Below, piece by piece: positions 29,476 through 39,985 of a DNA stretch of 64,000 bases (its first letter is position 1; the number at the start of each line of letters is the position of its first letter). Source of the stretch: Deltaproteobacteria bacterium (lineage in GTDB: Bacteria > Desulfobacterota > Syntrophobacteria > BM002); contig JAJDNB010000084.1 of the NCBI GenBank assembly GCA_022340905.1, positions 1,920 through 65,919 of the forward strand, written 5' to 3'. A model generated the notes under the pieces. The model worked only from the letters and a program-made list of their open reading frames with translations, searched no databases and had not been told where the DNA came from. The position numbers and the translations under genes were made by a program.

Positions 29476-29954
29476 TTGAATATCAAAACATTCTGTATTG
29501 CAGTGATTTTTCTGAGGAGGCAGAGATGGCATTCCATCACGCCGTAGACTTCTGCCAGCGGTATAACGCTAAGCTTCATCTACTCCATGTGCTGCACTCA
29601 GGATACAAGTACATGCGTCACGTGGTGGATGAGTATGTCGACCCCAGTAAGGATGAAGAAGTTGCAGACGATACGCTGATCAATCAAGCGGAGGAAGACC
29701 TCAAGTCTAAGTATGGAAGCCGGTTGGAAAATTGTAATCAGGCTGTCTTCGCAGTTCGAGTAGGGGTTCCCTTCGTGGAAATTGTTCGCTACGCCAGAGA
29801 GCACAAGGTGGATTTCATCATCATGGGTGCTTCGGGTAGCTCGGAGTTGGACAAGCAGACCTTCGGCAGCACGGTGGAAAATGTCGCCAGGCGGGCACAC
29901 TGCCACGTGATGGCCATCCGCAACCCGGAGCTGGCCTTTAAGCTCCCCGACTGA
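29472..29954 (+). CDS. Universal stress protein
   Basis: ILYCSDFSEEA, GVPFVEIV, IIMGASG...FGSTVENVAR. Confidence 0.9.
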   Translation: MIEYQNILYCSDFSEEAEMAFHHAVDFCQRYNAKLHLLHVLHSGYKYMRHVVDEYVDPSKDEEVADDTLINQAEEDLKSKYGSRLENCNQAVFAVRVGVPFVEIVRYAREHKVDFIIMGASGSSELDKQTFGSTVENVARRAHCHVMAIRNPELAFKLPD

Positions 29955-30068
29955 TTCGGCGGTGAACGGAATTGGTCAGGTTGGAAGGTGGAGCAGATGA
30001 GCAGATTATGGGTATAAGGCGAGGGTATTACATAAGAAGGAAATGATTCCAGTGAGAAGGAGAATATC

Positions 30069-30467
30069 ATGAAGAAAAAGAGGATCTTGGTGGTGGATGA
30101 CGAGCTGGACATGCGCACCTTCATCACCACTCTGCTAGAGACCAGTGGCTACAAACCGATTATCGCCATCAACGGAGAAGAGGGCATTCTCAAAGCCCGG
30201 GAGAAAAAACCGGCGGCAATTATCCTCGATGTGATGATGCCCCGAGAGGGCGGGATCCAAATGTATCGGGAACTGAAAACTGATGAGCAACTCAAGGATA
30301 TTCCGGTGATTATGCTGTCGGCCATAGCCAAAAAGACCTTTTTCCATTCCCAACAAGTGCTAAATACCTATAGAGGACAAAAGGTTCCAGAGCCGGCTGC
30401 ATACATAGAGAAGCCGCCGGAGACCGCGGAGCTTCTCCAGATTCTCGAACAGTGTCTCGGTTGTTAG
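30069..30467 (+). CDS. Single-domain response regulator
   Basis: ILVVDDE, ILDVMMP, IMLSA, YIEKP. Confidence 0.92.
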   Translation: MKKKRILVVDDELDMRTFITTLLETSGYKPIIAINGEEGILKAREKKPAAIILDVMMPREGGIQMYRELKTDEQLKDIPVIMLSAIAKKTFFHSQQVLNTYRGQKVPEPAAYIEKPPETAELLQILEQCLGC

Positions 30468-30509
30468 GAACGATTAATCGAATTAACTGGTTTCAAGTGA
30501 GGTTAGATT

Positions 30510-33500
30510 ATGGCAGCGAAAATTGGCGTTTACATTTGTCATTGTGGAACCAACATTGCTGGCAAGGTGGACACTGAGAAGGTGGCGGAGTTCGCTAAGG
30601 GGTTGAGAGATGTTGTAGTCGCCCGGGACTACAAGTTCATGTGTTCAGATCCTGGCCAGGAGATGATCCAAAAGGACATTCAGGAACTGGGTCTTAACCG
30701 AGTGGTGGTGGCCTCTTGCTCCCCTAGACTTCATGAGAAGACCTTTCAGGGCGCGTGCCAGAGAGCAGGTGTCAACCCTTATCTTTTTCAGATGGCTTGT
30801 ATTCGTGAACACTGTTCTTGGGTAGTCGAAGATAAGGATGAGGCCACCAGCAAGGCTAAGACTCTCGTAGCGGCGGCGGTGAGCCGGGTAAGTCAACATC
30901 AGAGACTTGCTACCAGGGAGGTGGGCGTCCACCCGGATGTGATGGTGGTTGGCGCAGGCATTGCCGGAATCCAGGCGGCGCTGGACATCGCCAAATCAGG
31001 CCACCAAATCTACCTAGTGGAGCGAAATCCCTCCATTGGTGGGCACATGATGAAGTTTGACAAGACCTTTCCCACCCTGGACTGCGCTGCCTGCATTTCC
31101 ACGCCCAAAACGGTAGCTGTAGCCCAGGAGCCAAATATCCACCTCTTTTCCTATAGCGAAGTGGCTGAGGTGAATGGCTATGTGGGAAATTACACGGTCA
31201 AGATCAAGAGAAAAGCCCGTTATGTCCGAGAGGACCAATGCACTGGCTGCGGCCAATGTTCAGAAGTGTGTCCGGTTTCCATGCCCAGCGAGTTCGATGA
31301 GTATCTCAGTGAACGCAAGGCTATTTACCGCTTTTTCCCTCAGGCAGTGCCAATTACCTATTGCATTGACAAAAAGGATCGGGCCCCATGCACCATTACC
31401 TGCCCTGCAGGCATTAATGTGCAGGGTTATGTTCAACTTATTGGCAAAGGAAAGTACAAGGAAGCTGTTCAGCTGATCATGGAACGGCTGCCCCTGCCAG
31501 GCGTGTTGGGGCGAGTATGTCCCCATCCCTGCGAGTTTCAATGTCGCCGGGCAGAAATTGATGAAGCAGTGGCCATCAGGGATCTGAAACGATTTGCAGC
31601 CGATCAGGTGGATTTGGCAGAGCTACCCAAGCCCGAAATCGAGGAACGGCCTGAAAAGGTCGCGGTGGTAGGATCCGGGCCCGCCGGGCTCGCAGTGGCC
31701 TACTATCTTCGACTGAAGGGCTACCAGATTACCATATTTGAGGCCCTGCCAGTACTGGGTGGCATGCTGCGCGTGGGCATACCGGATTACCGGCTTCCTC
31801 CAGAACTCCTTGATCAAGAAATAAACAACATACTGCGGCTGGGAATTGAAACGCAGACCGGGAAAAGACTTGGATTTGATTTTACCCTGGAAGATTTGAA
31901 GAAGGACGGTTATCAGGCTGTTTTCCTCGGTATTGGCGCTCACCGTAGCTTGAAAATGGGCATCAGTGGGGAGGAGGATTTTGAGGGTGTGGTAGATGCG
32001 GTAGATTTTCTCAGGGAAGTAAACCTGGGCGAGCGTGCAAGGCCGGGCAAGAGGGTAGTGGTTATCGGCGGCGGTAACGTTGCCATCGATGCTGCTCGGG
32101 CAGCAGTGCGCCTTGGGTGTGAGCAGGTAAACATCGTCTATAGACGAAGCCGGGAAGAGATGCCAGCGTACCCGGAGGAGATCGAGGGAGCCTTGTCCGA
32201 AGGGGTGGAGCTTCACTACCTTACTGCTCCTGTGGGCATTGTGGGCACCAACGGCAAAGTAAACGGTTTTGAGTGCATTCGAACTGAACTGGGGCCTCCC
32301 GATGAAAGCGGCAGGCGGAGGCCAGTACCGGTAGAAGGCTCTGAATTCGTCATTGAGTGTGATGCGGTCATCCCAGCAATAGGCCAGCAGCCTGATGTGG
32401 ACTGGGCAGTGGAACAGGGCGAACTCGAAATCACCAGACGCAACACCTTGGTGGTAGACCCGCACACCATGCAGACGGCAATCCCTGGTGTGTTTAGTGC
32501 TGGTGATTCAGTAAGTGGACCGGCAACGGTTATTGAAGCTGTGGCCTCCGGCCATAAGGCAGTGGAAGCCATACACCGCTACATCGAAGGGGAGGAGCTC
32601 GCTGTTTACGCCGAGGAGCTTGAAGCAAGAGAAGCCCCGGGGCAGGACTGGAGGGAGCTGCCTGAAGATTATCCGGTGGAGGCAAGAGCGCATCTGCCCC
32701 ACAAAGACCCCCAGGAGAGCAGATCTCATTTTGGCGAGGTGGCCCTGGGATTCGAGGAGGAAGAGGCGAGAAGAGAGGCGAATCGCTGCATCAATTGTGG
32801 CATCTGTTGCGAGTGTATGGAGTGTGTCCGAGCCTGTGAGAGAAATGCTGTCGACCATAACATGGAGGAGGAAGAAGTTGAGGTCAAGGTGGGGAGCATC
32901 ATCATGGCTACCGGATTTCAGGTTCTTGATCCCACTCCAATGAAGCAGTACGGTTATGGACGGTTCAAAGAGGTCTACACTGGTCTGGAGTTCGAGCGGC
33001 TGAACAATGCAGTGGGCCCCACGGGTGGAAAGATAGTAATGAAAAATGGCAAACCGCCAGCCAGCGTTGGCATCATCCACTGCGTGGGAAGTCGTGATGT
33101 TAATTACCACGAGTACTGCTCACGAGTGTGCTGCATGTATGCTCTCAAATATGGCCATCTTATCAAGGAAAAAGCCGGGCATGACACGCAGGTCTATAAT
33201 TTTTACATTGACATGCGATGTTTTGGCAAAGGATACGAGGAATTTTACCGTAGACTTCAAGAAGAGGGGATTACCTTCATACGGGGAAAACCTGCCGAGA
33301 TTACGGACCAGGCCATAGGAGCTGAGGAAGAGGGCAAACTTATCATTATTGGTGAAGACACCTTGATTGGTAAAAAGCTACGGGTGCCCGTGGACATGGT
33401 TGTTCTTTGTACGGCTATGGAGCCCACTAAAGATGCTGCTGAGGTGGCTCGGGTGTTTGGCATCAACCAGGGAGGCGATGGATTCTTCCTGGAAGAGCAT

Positions 33501-33896
33501 CCCAAACTGGGTCCGGTCTCCACTGCAACTGACGGAGTTTTTCTGGCAGGGACCTGCCAAGGGCCCAAGGACATTCCAGATGCTGTTTCCCATGCGGCTG
33601 GGGCGGCAGCTCAAGCGCTGGCTCTCGCTACCAGGGGCAAGGTGGAAATTCCTTCCACCATCTCCTGGATTGATCCTGATGTATGTGCGGGTTGTCAAGC
33701 CTGCATCAATCTTTGTCCGTATTCGGCCATTGAGTTCGATTCACGAAGAAACGTCTCGGTGATCAACGAGGCACTTTGTAAAGGATGTGGAAGTTGCGCC
33801 GGCCACTGCCCCAGTGGAGCCGCGCGAATCAACCATTTTACCGGTAGGCAGATCTTCGCTGAGATCGAGGGCATTCTGGACGACTTGGTTGGCTAG
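30510..33896 (+). CDS. hdrA: HdrL-type heterodisulfide reductase A with inserted GltD-like NAD(P)H/FAD module
   Basis: GVYICHCG, VVASCSPR, GAGIAG, DKTFPTLDC; GltD-like insert CPAG...GRVCPHPCE...GSGPAG...GIPDYRLP...GGGNVA; CVGSRD, CSRVCC; C-terminal ferredoxin. Confidence 0.92.
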   Translation: MAAKIGVYICHCGTNIAGKVDTEKVAEFAKGLRDVVVARDYKFMCSDPGQEMIQKDIQELGLNRVVVASCSPRLHEKTFQGACQRAGVNPYLFQMACIREHCSWVVEDKDEATSKAKTLVAAAVSRVSQHQRLATREVGVHPDVMVVGAGIAGIQAALDIAKSGHQIYLVERNPSIGGHMMKFDKTFPTLDCAACISTPKTVAVAQEPNIHLFSYSEVAEVNGYVGNYTVKIKRKARYVREDQCTGCGQCSEVCPVSMPSEFDEYLSERKAIYRFFPQAVPITYCIDKKDRAPCTITCPAGINVQGYVQLIGKGKYKEAVQLIMERLPLPGVLGRVCPHPCEFQCRRAEIDEAVAIRDLKRFAADQVDLAELPKPEIEERPEKVAVVGSGPAGLAVAYYLRLKGYQITIFEALPVLGGMLRVGIPDYRLPPELLDQEINNILRLGIETQTGKRLGFDFTLEDLKKDGYQAVFLGIGAHRSLKMGISGEEDFEGVVDAVDFLREVNLGERARPGKRVVVIGGGNVAIDAARAAVRLGCEQVNIVYRRSREEMPAYPEEIEGALSEGVELHYLTAPVGIVGTNGKVNGFECIRTELGPPDESGRRRPVPVEGSEFVIECDAVIPAIGQQPDVDWAVEQGELEITRRNTLVVDPHTMQTAIPGVFSAGDSVSGPATVIEAVASGHKAVEAIHRYIEGEELAVYAEELEAREAPGQDWRELPEDYPVEARAHLPHKDPQESRSHFGEVALGFEEEEARREANRCINCGICCECMECVRACERNAVDHNMEEEEVEVKVGSIIMATGFQVLDPTPMKQYGYGRFKEVYTGLEFERLNNAVGPTGGKIVMKNGKPPASVGIIHCVGSRDVNYHEYCSRVCCMYALKYGHLIKEKAGHDTQVYNFYIDMRCFGKGYEEFYRRLQEEGITFIRGKPAEITDQAIGAEEEGKLIIIGEDTLIGKKLRVPVDMVVLCTAMEPTKDAAEVARVFGINQGGDGFFLEEHPKLGPVSTATDGVFLAGTCQGPKDIPDAVSHAAGAAAQALALATRGKVEIPSTISWIDPDVCAGCQACINLCPYSAIEFDSRRNVSVINEALCKGCGSCAGHCPSGAARINHFTGRQIFAEIEGILDDLVG

Positions 33897-34009
33897 GTGA
33901 AAGGTGAATCTACCAAGGGAGAACACGGAATACCAGATAAAATCAGGGAAGGCTATTTAACAATTTTGGCATTTTAGCTCATTTTAGACATTTTAGTGGG
34001 AGGAAGAAC

Positions 34010-34432
34010 ATGTCAGACTTCGAGCCGACAATCATCGCTTTCGTTTGCAATTGGTGCACCTACACCGCTGCGGATTTGGCAGGGACCTCAAGGTTAACCC
34101 AGCCTCCCAACGTGAGGATGATCAGAATGATGTGCACCGGGATGGTGGACCCCAAGTATGTGATCAAGGCTTTATTGGAAGGGGCGGATGCAGTGCTCAT
34201 CAGCGGCTGCCATCCTGGCGACTGCCACTACATCAACGGCAACCTCAAGGCCCGCCGCCGGGTCAAATTGCTGAAGGAGATTTTGCCACGTTTCGGCTTT
34301 GACCAGCGGAGAGTTAAGCTCACGTGGATTGGAGCTAGTGAGGGCATTGACTTCGCCAACACTATGAACGAGTTGGTGGCTGAGGTCAAGGAGTTGGGCC
34401 CCAATGAAGTGCGGAAGCAGATGGTCATTTAA
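34010..34432 (+). CDS. mvhD: MvhD/HdrA-associated [2Fe-2S] subunit
   Basis: FVCNWCTYTAADLAG, MCTG, GCHPGDCHY. Confidence 0.95.
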   Translation: MSDFEPTIIAFVCNWCTYTAADLAGTSRLTQPPNVRMIRMMCTGMVDPKYVIKALLEGADAVLISGCHPGDCHYINGNLKARRRVKLLKEILPRFGFDQRRVKLTWIGASEGIDFANTMNELVAEVKELGPNEVRKQMVI

Positions 34433-34471
34433 GGATCTCTGTGTCCCAAGGAAAAGATCTGGAGGGAATCG

Positions 34472-35617
34472 ATGGCAACCACAGTGAAAATACCGATAAA
34501 AGATCAGAACTTGGTCAGTTCTTTACAGGATTTTTTCAAGGCAATGCTGCGGGACGGAGGCATAAACGGTCTCATGGTGGCCCAACACCTGCCGACGAAA
34601 AATTCAGTGATGCCCACGTTAGTGACAGACCCGGACAAGCTCGATACTGCCGATCCACTAGCACCCGTTTTTCCTATTAACGCAGCTAAAGTGGTTTCAA
34701 AGCTTACCAGAAAACCTCTCGGGGGGAAGGTGGCAGTTGTGCTTCGGCCCTGCGAGATCCGGGCCTTCATTGAGTTGGTGAAATTGAAGCAAGGGAGAGT
34801 CGATGACGTCGTCCTTATCGGGATGGACTGTCTGGGCGCATACAGCAATGTCCAATATCCTGATTTTGCCGGTGATAACGGCATGGAGGCAACCTTGAGG
34901 TTTTACCGCAACATTCAAGAAGGCAAGGGAACGGCTTGCGATGGCTTTGATGTTTCACCTGCCTGCAAGGCCTGCGAGCATCCCATACCGGAAAATGCTG
35001 ATGTGCTCATTGGCTTAGTGGGTGTGGACCTCAAAGATCACCTGCTGGCGAAGGCCAATACACCTCGAGGAGAGGAGCTGTTGGAAAATCTCGGGCTGTC
35101 CTCTACCAGTGAGCCGGAAAAACGGGGGAAAGAGATAGAAAAACTGGTGACAGAACGGCTGTCATATCGTGACCAGATGTTTGTTGAGACCAGTGAGGCC
35201 ACAGCAGACGTGGGGAAGCTTGTGAGTTATCTCGGCAACTGTGTCAATTGTTACAACTGCCGGGTGGCTTGCCCTGTTTGCTATTGCAAAGAGTGTGTTT
35301 TTCTCACCGATGTCTTCGACCACGAACCTTCGCAATATCTGAGATGGGCAAAGCGCAAGGGCATCCTAAAAATGCCCACAGACACGGTCTTCTTTCATTT
35401 GACCCGCATAGCTCACATGAGTACGGCGTGTATCGGTTGCGGCCAGTGTTCCAATGCCTGTCCCAACAATATACCCGTAATGGAGCTATTTCGAACCATG
35501 GCACACTACACGCAGACGGCCTTTGATTATGTAGCCGGACGGAGCCTAGAGGACGACCCTCCATTGTCGGTATTTCGGGAAGATGAATTCCAGGAGGTTG
35601 TGGCGAAATCACACTAG
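34472..35617 (+). CDS. FdhB/FrhB-like Fe-S subunit
   Basis: VVLRPCEIRA, IGMDCLG, ACKACEHP, CVNCYNCRVACPVCYCKEC, CIGCGQCSNACP. Confidence 0.85.
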   Translation: MATTVKIPIKDQNLVSSLQDFFKAMLRDGGINGLMVAQHLPTKNSVMPTLVTDPDKLDTADPLAPVFPINAAKVVSKLTRKPLGGKVAVVLRPCEIRAFIELVKLKQGRVDDVVLIGMDCLGAYSNVQYPDFAGDNGMEATLRFYRNIQEGKGTACDGFDVSPACKACEHPIPENADVLIGLVGVDLKDHLLAKANTPRGEELLENLGLSSTSEPEKRGKEIEKLVTERLSYRDQMFVETSEATADVGKLVSYLGNCVNCYNCRVACPVCYCKECVFLTDVFDHEPSQYLRWAKRKGILKMPTDTVFFHLTRIAHMSTACIGCGQCSNACPNNIPVMELFRTMAHYTQTAFDYVAGRSLEDDPPLSVFREDEFQEVVAKSH

Positions 35618-35844
35618 TTGTTCACGGACGATATCCGTGAACACGCATAGCGCATGGCGCCTGGGGAGATAATTTCGAATTTCGGATTGCGAATTTGAAA
35701 GACAGAGGGCAGGGATCAGAGCTCGGAGGTCGGAAAGCAATCGATTGAGCATTTCGGATTTTAAGATAATCGTCTTACGAGTTGAACGGTTTCAACGTCC
35801 TGAACGATTGGCTAGCCAGATTTTGGACTAAGAGGTATAGCGCA

Positions 35845-38800
35845 ATGAGAAAAAAGATAGGATCAGCCTTGGTGGTGGGAGCCGGAATCAGCGGTATTCG
35901 CTCCGCTTTGGATTTGGCAGAACTTGGCTACCAAGTAAAGCTCATTGACCGAGCACCGAACTTGGGAGGAACTCTTACGCAGCTTGACTACCAATTTCCC
36001 AGTGACCACTGCGGCATGTGCAAGATGCTGCCTCTGGTAGAACGGGATTCTTCTTCCCAATACTGCCTGCGCAAGGGGCTCTTTCACCAAAACATCGAGA
36101 TAATGCTCAACACTGAACTGGTGGAAATGGAGGGTGAGCCCGGCAAATTCGAGGTCACCTTGCGACAGAGACCTGCCGTAGTAGACCCAGAACTTTGCAT
36201 TGGTTGCGGAGAATGTAGTCGCGTTTGCCCGGTGGAAGTTGCAGACGAGTTCAATGCCGGATTGGCCAAGAGAAAAGCGGTCTATCTGCCAGTGCCCCAC
36301 AACATTCCTAATAACTACGTAGTCGACTTGGATTCCTGCACCATGTGTGGCGAGTGTGAAAAGATTTGTCCCACTGGGGCCATCGATTTCCGCTGGGAAG
36401 CACGGAGTCAATTTAAAATCCTGGTGGTAGATGATGAACTCATTGTGCGGGACTCGCTCAAAGATTGGCTGATCGAGGAGGGATTTGATGTTGACACGGC
36501 GGAATCCGGCCCCGCCGCTTTAGAAAAGATCGCCAAACAGCCATACCATCTGATGCTCCTTGACATCAAAATGCCAGAGATGGATGGGGTCGAAGTATTG
36601 CAGCGGGCTAAGGACATGCGGCCCGAACTTCCGGTGGTGATGATGACGGCGTACGCCACGGTGGAAACAGCAGTGGAGGCCATGAAGATTGGAGCTCTTG
36701 ACTATCTGATGAAACCCTTCGATCCAGATACCCTTGTTCCTCTGGTGGTTAAACTCTACGAGAACTTAGAGCGGGCGGGGGAGCTTAAGATGGAAGTCGG
36801 GGCGGTTATCCTGGCCGCGGGCTTTGGCTCCTTTGATCCGGCAGGAAACGGTTTGAACACGTACGGCTACGGTGAGATTCCCAATGTAGTTACCAGCATA
36901 GAGTTCGAACGGATAGTAAGTGCCAGCGGGCCCTCTCAGGGTAAACTGGTGCGTCCCAGCGATGGCAAAGAGATTCGCAAAATAGCCTGGCTTCAATGTG
37001 TGGGTTCCAGAGACATGCACGCAGATGCGGACTACTGCTCCTCCATCTGCTGTATGTTCTCCGTCAAAGAAGCACTGCTTGCCAAGGAGAGAAGCAATGG
37101 TCAGGTGGAGGCCGCGATCTTCTATATGGATATGCGAACTTTTGGCAAGGATTTCCAACGGTATCGGGACGAGGCAGAAAAGACATATGGGGTTAGGTTT
37201 CAGAGGAGCAGAGTTCACTCGGTGGAACAGAAGGAATTGGGAGGAGACCCGCGAATCGTCTACACGGATATCACGGGGACGGGACGGGAGGAGATTTTTG
37301 ACTTGGTGGTACTTGCCGCCGGCCAAAGACCACCTGCTGGCAGCGATGTCCTGGCGGAAACGACCGGAGTTGAATTGAATCAATGGGGGTTCTGCCAATT
37401 AAAACCTTTTTCTTTAAGTCTAACCAGCCAGGATGGGGTATACGTTGCCGGCTCCTTTTCGGGCCTCAGGGATATCTCCGAATCAGTAATTCAGGCAAGT
37501 TCCGCCTCCTTGAGGGCTTCCGGTCTGATACATTCAAAGGGTGGAGGCCTTGCCGAGGCCAGTGAATCAAAGGTTGCCTTTCGTGACGTATCCCGCGAAC
37601 CGCCTCAGGTCATGGTGGCTCTCTGCACCTGCGGCGACACCTTCACTCAGGCAGTTCAAATAAAAGAGGTGGAATCCTTTGTTTCGAATCTCGACTCCGT
37701 CAGCCATGTGCATCGCTTTGGAAGTATTTGCACGCAAGAAGGTTGGAATCAGCTTGAGCAAGCTATGGAAGCAAGCGGGGCAAACCGTCTCCTCATTGGG
37801 TCCTGCATGCCCTACCTTTACACGAGAAAACTTCGTGACCTGGGTGCAAATATAGGACTAAATCCTGCGCTCATGGAGGTTGTGGATATCCGGAGTTCCG
37901 TGTTTCCTGGAAATAACTCTAGCCAGGAGCAGGCGAGCCGGGAGATTCGGCTGGCGCTGTCCATGGGAGTGGGCAAACTCAAGGGGATGGACCCTTCGGT
38001 CTCGACCGGTACCCCCATTGCTCAAAAGGGGCTGGTGGTGGGCGGTGGGATAGCCGGTATGACTTCGGCATTGGGCATTGCTGAACATGGTTTCGAGGTT
38101 TTCTTGGTGGAAAAAACGGAGGAACTTGGGGGTAATCTCCGGCACCTCTATCGGACCCTCGAGGGCAACTCACCCCAGGAACTCTTGGAGCAGACGATCT
38201 CCAAGGTTCAAAGACATCCCAATATTCACCTGCACATGAATTCAAGGGTGCTCCATTCTCACGGTAGGGTTGGACGGTTCATTACTACCATTGAGAAAGA
38301 AGACGGCTCAGGTGAGACCCTTGAGCATGGGGTCACAATTCTGGCAACGGGAGGCAAAGAGGCCACCACCGAGTCCTACGGCTATGGTCAAAGTGACATC
38401 ATTGTTACCCAACACCAACTGGAGGAACAGCTCCATTCAGGTCAAATAGATCCTGCGGAGTTGGGCGTAGTTGCCATGATTCAATGCGTAGACTCACGGG
38501 AAGAGCCGCGGAACTACTGCAGCAGGATATGCTGTAGTTCGGCGCTGAAAAACGCCCTCTATTTAAAAGAACAAAATCCAGAGATCGATATTTATATCCT
38601 TTACCGAGATATTATGGCCTATGGATTTCTCGAGACTTATTACACCCAGGCGCGGCAGGCGGGGGTGATTTTCATTCAATACGACGTAGACGACAAACCG
38701 AAGGTTAACATAGAAAATGGCCGTGTCTCGGCTGCTGTCACTGATCCAATCCTGGGCCGGGAGGTGGTGGTGGAGACTGATCTGTTGGTGCTCAGTACCG

Positions 38801-39276
38801 GCATTGCTCCCGAGGGGCAAGGGAAGTTGGCAGAAATATTCGGGGTTGAAACAAACCAGGACGGCTTCTTTCAGGAGGCGGAGTATAAGTGGCGACCGGT
38901 GGATTTTCTTAGAGAAGGAGTTTTCACCTGCGGTATGTCGCATTCTCCGCGGAACATTACCGAATCCATTGCCATGGCGGAGGCAACTGCACAGCGAGCA
39001 CTTAGAATTCTTGCCAGCGAAAGACTGACTGCGGGCAGCACAGTCGCTGAGGTGCGCTACAGCCTTTGCTCACTGTGCGAGAAATGCATTGAAGCCTGTC
39101 CTTATGGAGCCAGGTGGCGAGATGAAGATGAAGAAAAGATAATGGTTGATGAGCTGAGCTGCCAGGGGTGTGGTTCCTGTGCGGCCGTTTGTCCCAACAG
39201 CGCCTCGGTTCTCCGTGGCTACCGGGATCAACAGATCTTCTCAGTGATTGATGCAGCACTGGAAGAGATTTTCTAA
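35845..39276 (+). CDS. hdrA: Tandem (double) HdrA-like flavoprotein with an embedded response-regulator receiver domain
   Basis: GAGISG FAD motif, 2x[4Fe-4S] insert, receiver (ILVVDDE...LLDIKMPEMDG...MMTAY...LMKPF), CVGSRD/CSSICC, ALCTCG, second GGGIAG FAD domain with CSRICC, C-terminal ferredoxin. Confidence 0.92.
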   Translation: MRKKIGSALVVGAGISGIRSALDLAELGYQVKLIDRAPNLGGTLTQLDYQFPSDHCGMCKMLPLVERDSSSQYCLRKGLFHQNIEIMLNTELVEMEGEPGKFEVTLRQRPAVVDPELCIGCGECSRVCPVEVADEFNAGLAKRKAVYLPVPHNIPNNYVVDLDSCTMCGECEKICPTGAIDFRWEARSQFKILVVDDELIVRDSLKDWLIEEGFDVDTAESGPAALEKIAKQPYHLMLLDIKMPEMDGVEVLQRAKDMRPELPVVMMTAYATVETAVEAMKIGALDYLMKPFDPDTLVPLVVKLYENLERAGELKMEVGAVILAAGFGSFDPAGNGLNTYGYGEIPNVVTSIEFERIVSASGPSQGKLVRPSDGKEIRKIAWLQCVGSRDMHADADYCSSICCMFSVKEALLAKERSNGQVEAAIFYMDMRTFGKDFQRYRDEAEKTYGVRFQRSRVHSVEQKELGGDPRIVYTDITGTGREEIFDLVVLAAGQRPPAGSDVLAETTGVELNQWGFCQLKPFSLSLTSQDGVYVAGSFSGLRDISESVIQASSASLRASGLIHSKGGGLAEASESKVAFRDVSREPPQVMVALCTCGDTFTQAVQIKEVESFVSNLDSVSHVHRFGSICTQEGWNQLEQAMEASGANRLLIGSCMPYLYTRKLRDLGANIGLNPALMEVVDIRSSVFPGNNSSQEQASREIRLALSMGVGKLKGMDPSVSTGTPIAQKGLVVGGGIAGMTSALGIAEHGFEVFLVEKTEELGGNLRHLYRTLEGNSPQELLEQTISKVQRHPNIHLHMNSRVLHSHGRVGRFITTIEKEDGSGETLEHGVTILATGGKEATTESYGYGQSDIIVTQHQLEEQLHSGQIDPAELGVVAMIQCVDSREEPRNYCSRICCSSALKNALYLKEQNPEIDIYILYRDIMAYGFLETYYTQARQAGVIFIQYDVDDKPKVNIENGRVSAAVTDPILGREVVVETDLLVLSTGIAPEGQGKLAEIFGVETNQDGFFQEAEYKWRPVDFLREGVFTCGMSHSPRNITESIAMAEATAQRALRILASERLTAGSTVAEVRYSLCSLCEKCIEACPYGARWRDEDEEKIMVDELSCQGCGSCAAVCPNSASVLRGYRDQQIFSVIDAALEEIF

Positions 39277-39418
39277 ATCGATACCCGATACTCGACACTC
39301 GATGCTTGATGCCAGATAAAAGAAAAAGGCAGTTTAAGCTATCCAGTATCAAGTATCCAGCATCCAGCATCTGAGCCGCTCTCAAGGCGGTGAATAACAA
39401 CAAAGGAGACAACATCCC

Positions 39419-39985
39419 ATGAGCGAAGAGACAAGAGAACTATCCGAGGGTCACGCCGAGGAAGATTTAATGGCCGCCATCCGGGAAAACATTAAAGCGT
39501 GCATGCAGTGCGGCACCTGCACCGGTTCTTGCGGCAGCGCTTATGCCATGGATTTCACCCCTAGGCAAATGTGGCGAATGGTTCAACTTGGCATGGTAGA
39601 TGAAATCTTTAATAGCCGGACCTTTTCCCTTTGCTCAAGTTGCTATTACTGCACCTTGCGCTGTCCGCGGGGCTTGCCTCTGACAGAGAGCATTCATGGT
39701 TTGAAGCAACTGGCTGTAGCCAAGGGAGTTGCAGAAAAAAAGGGAGCACGTTTCTACCAGACTTTTCTTGACACGGTCAGACGCTATGGCCGGGTGAGGG
39801 AGATGGAGCTCATGGCCAGGTACTTTATTGCCATGAAGAGTCCCGTACTCCCTCTGAGTTTCACCCCTCTCGGCATGAAACTTATGATGAAAGGCAAAGT
39901 CTCACCTGAAATGCCGCAATTCTTTAGGCCAGGGAAGTTGGACGGTATCTTTCGCAAGGTAAAAGAACTGGAGGCACGTTCATGA
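39419..39985 (+). CDS. hdrC: Heterodisulfide reductase subunit C-like
   Basis: CMQCGTCTGSC, CSSCYYCTLRCPRG. Confidence 0.92.
   Translation: MSEETRELSEGHAEEDLMAAIRENIKACMQCGTCTGSCGSAYAMDFTPRQMWRMVQLGMVDEIFNSRTFSLCSSCYYCTLRCPRGLPLTESIHGLKQLAVAKGVAEKKGARFYQTFLDTVRRYGRVREMELMARYFIAMKSPVLPLSFTPLGMKLMMKGKVSPEMPQFFRPGKLDGIFRKVKELEARS

Noticed and set aside
31623-32465. Long antisense or alternate-frame ORFs (e.g. 31623-32465, 46825-47730, 62819-63739)
   Set aside because: They shadow well-supported genes and show no motifs or RBS.
30510-34432. Selenocysteine recoding in HdrA or MvhD
   Set aside because: The usual Sec positions are Cys codons here (VVASCSPR, CNWCTY) and the ORFs are uninterrupted.
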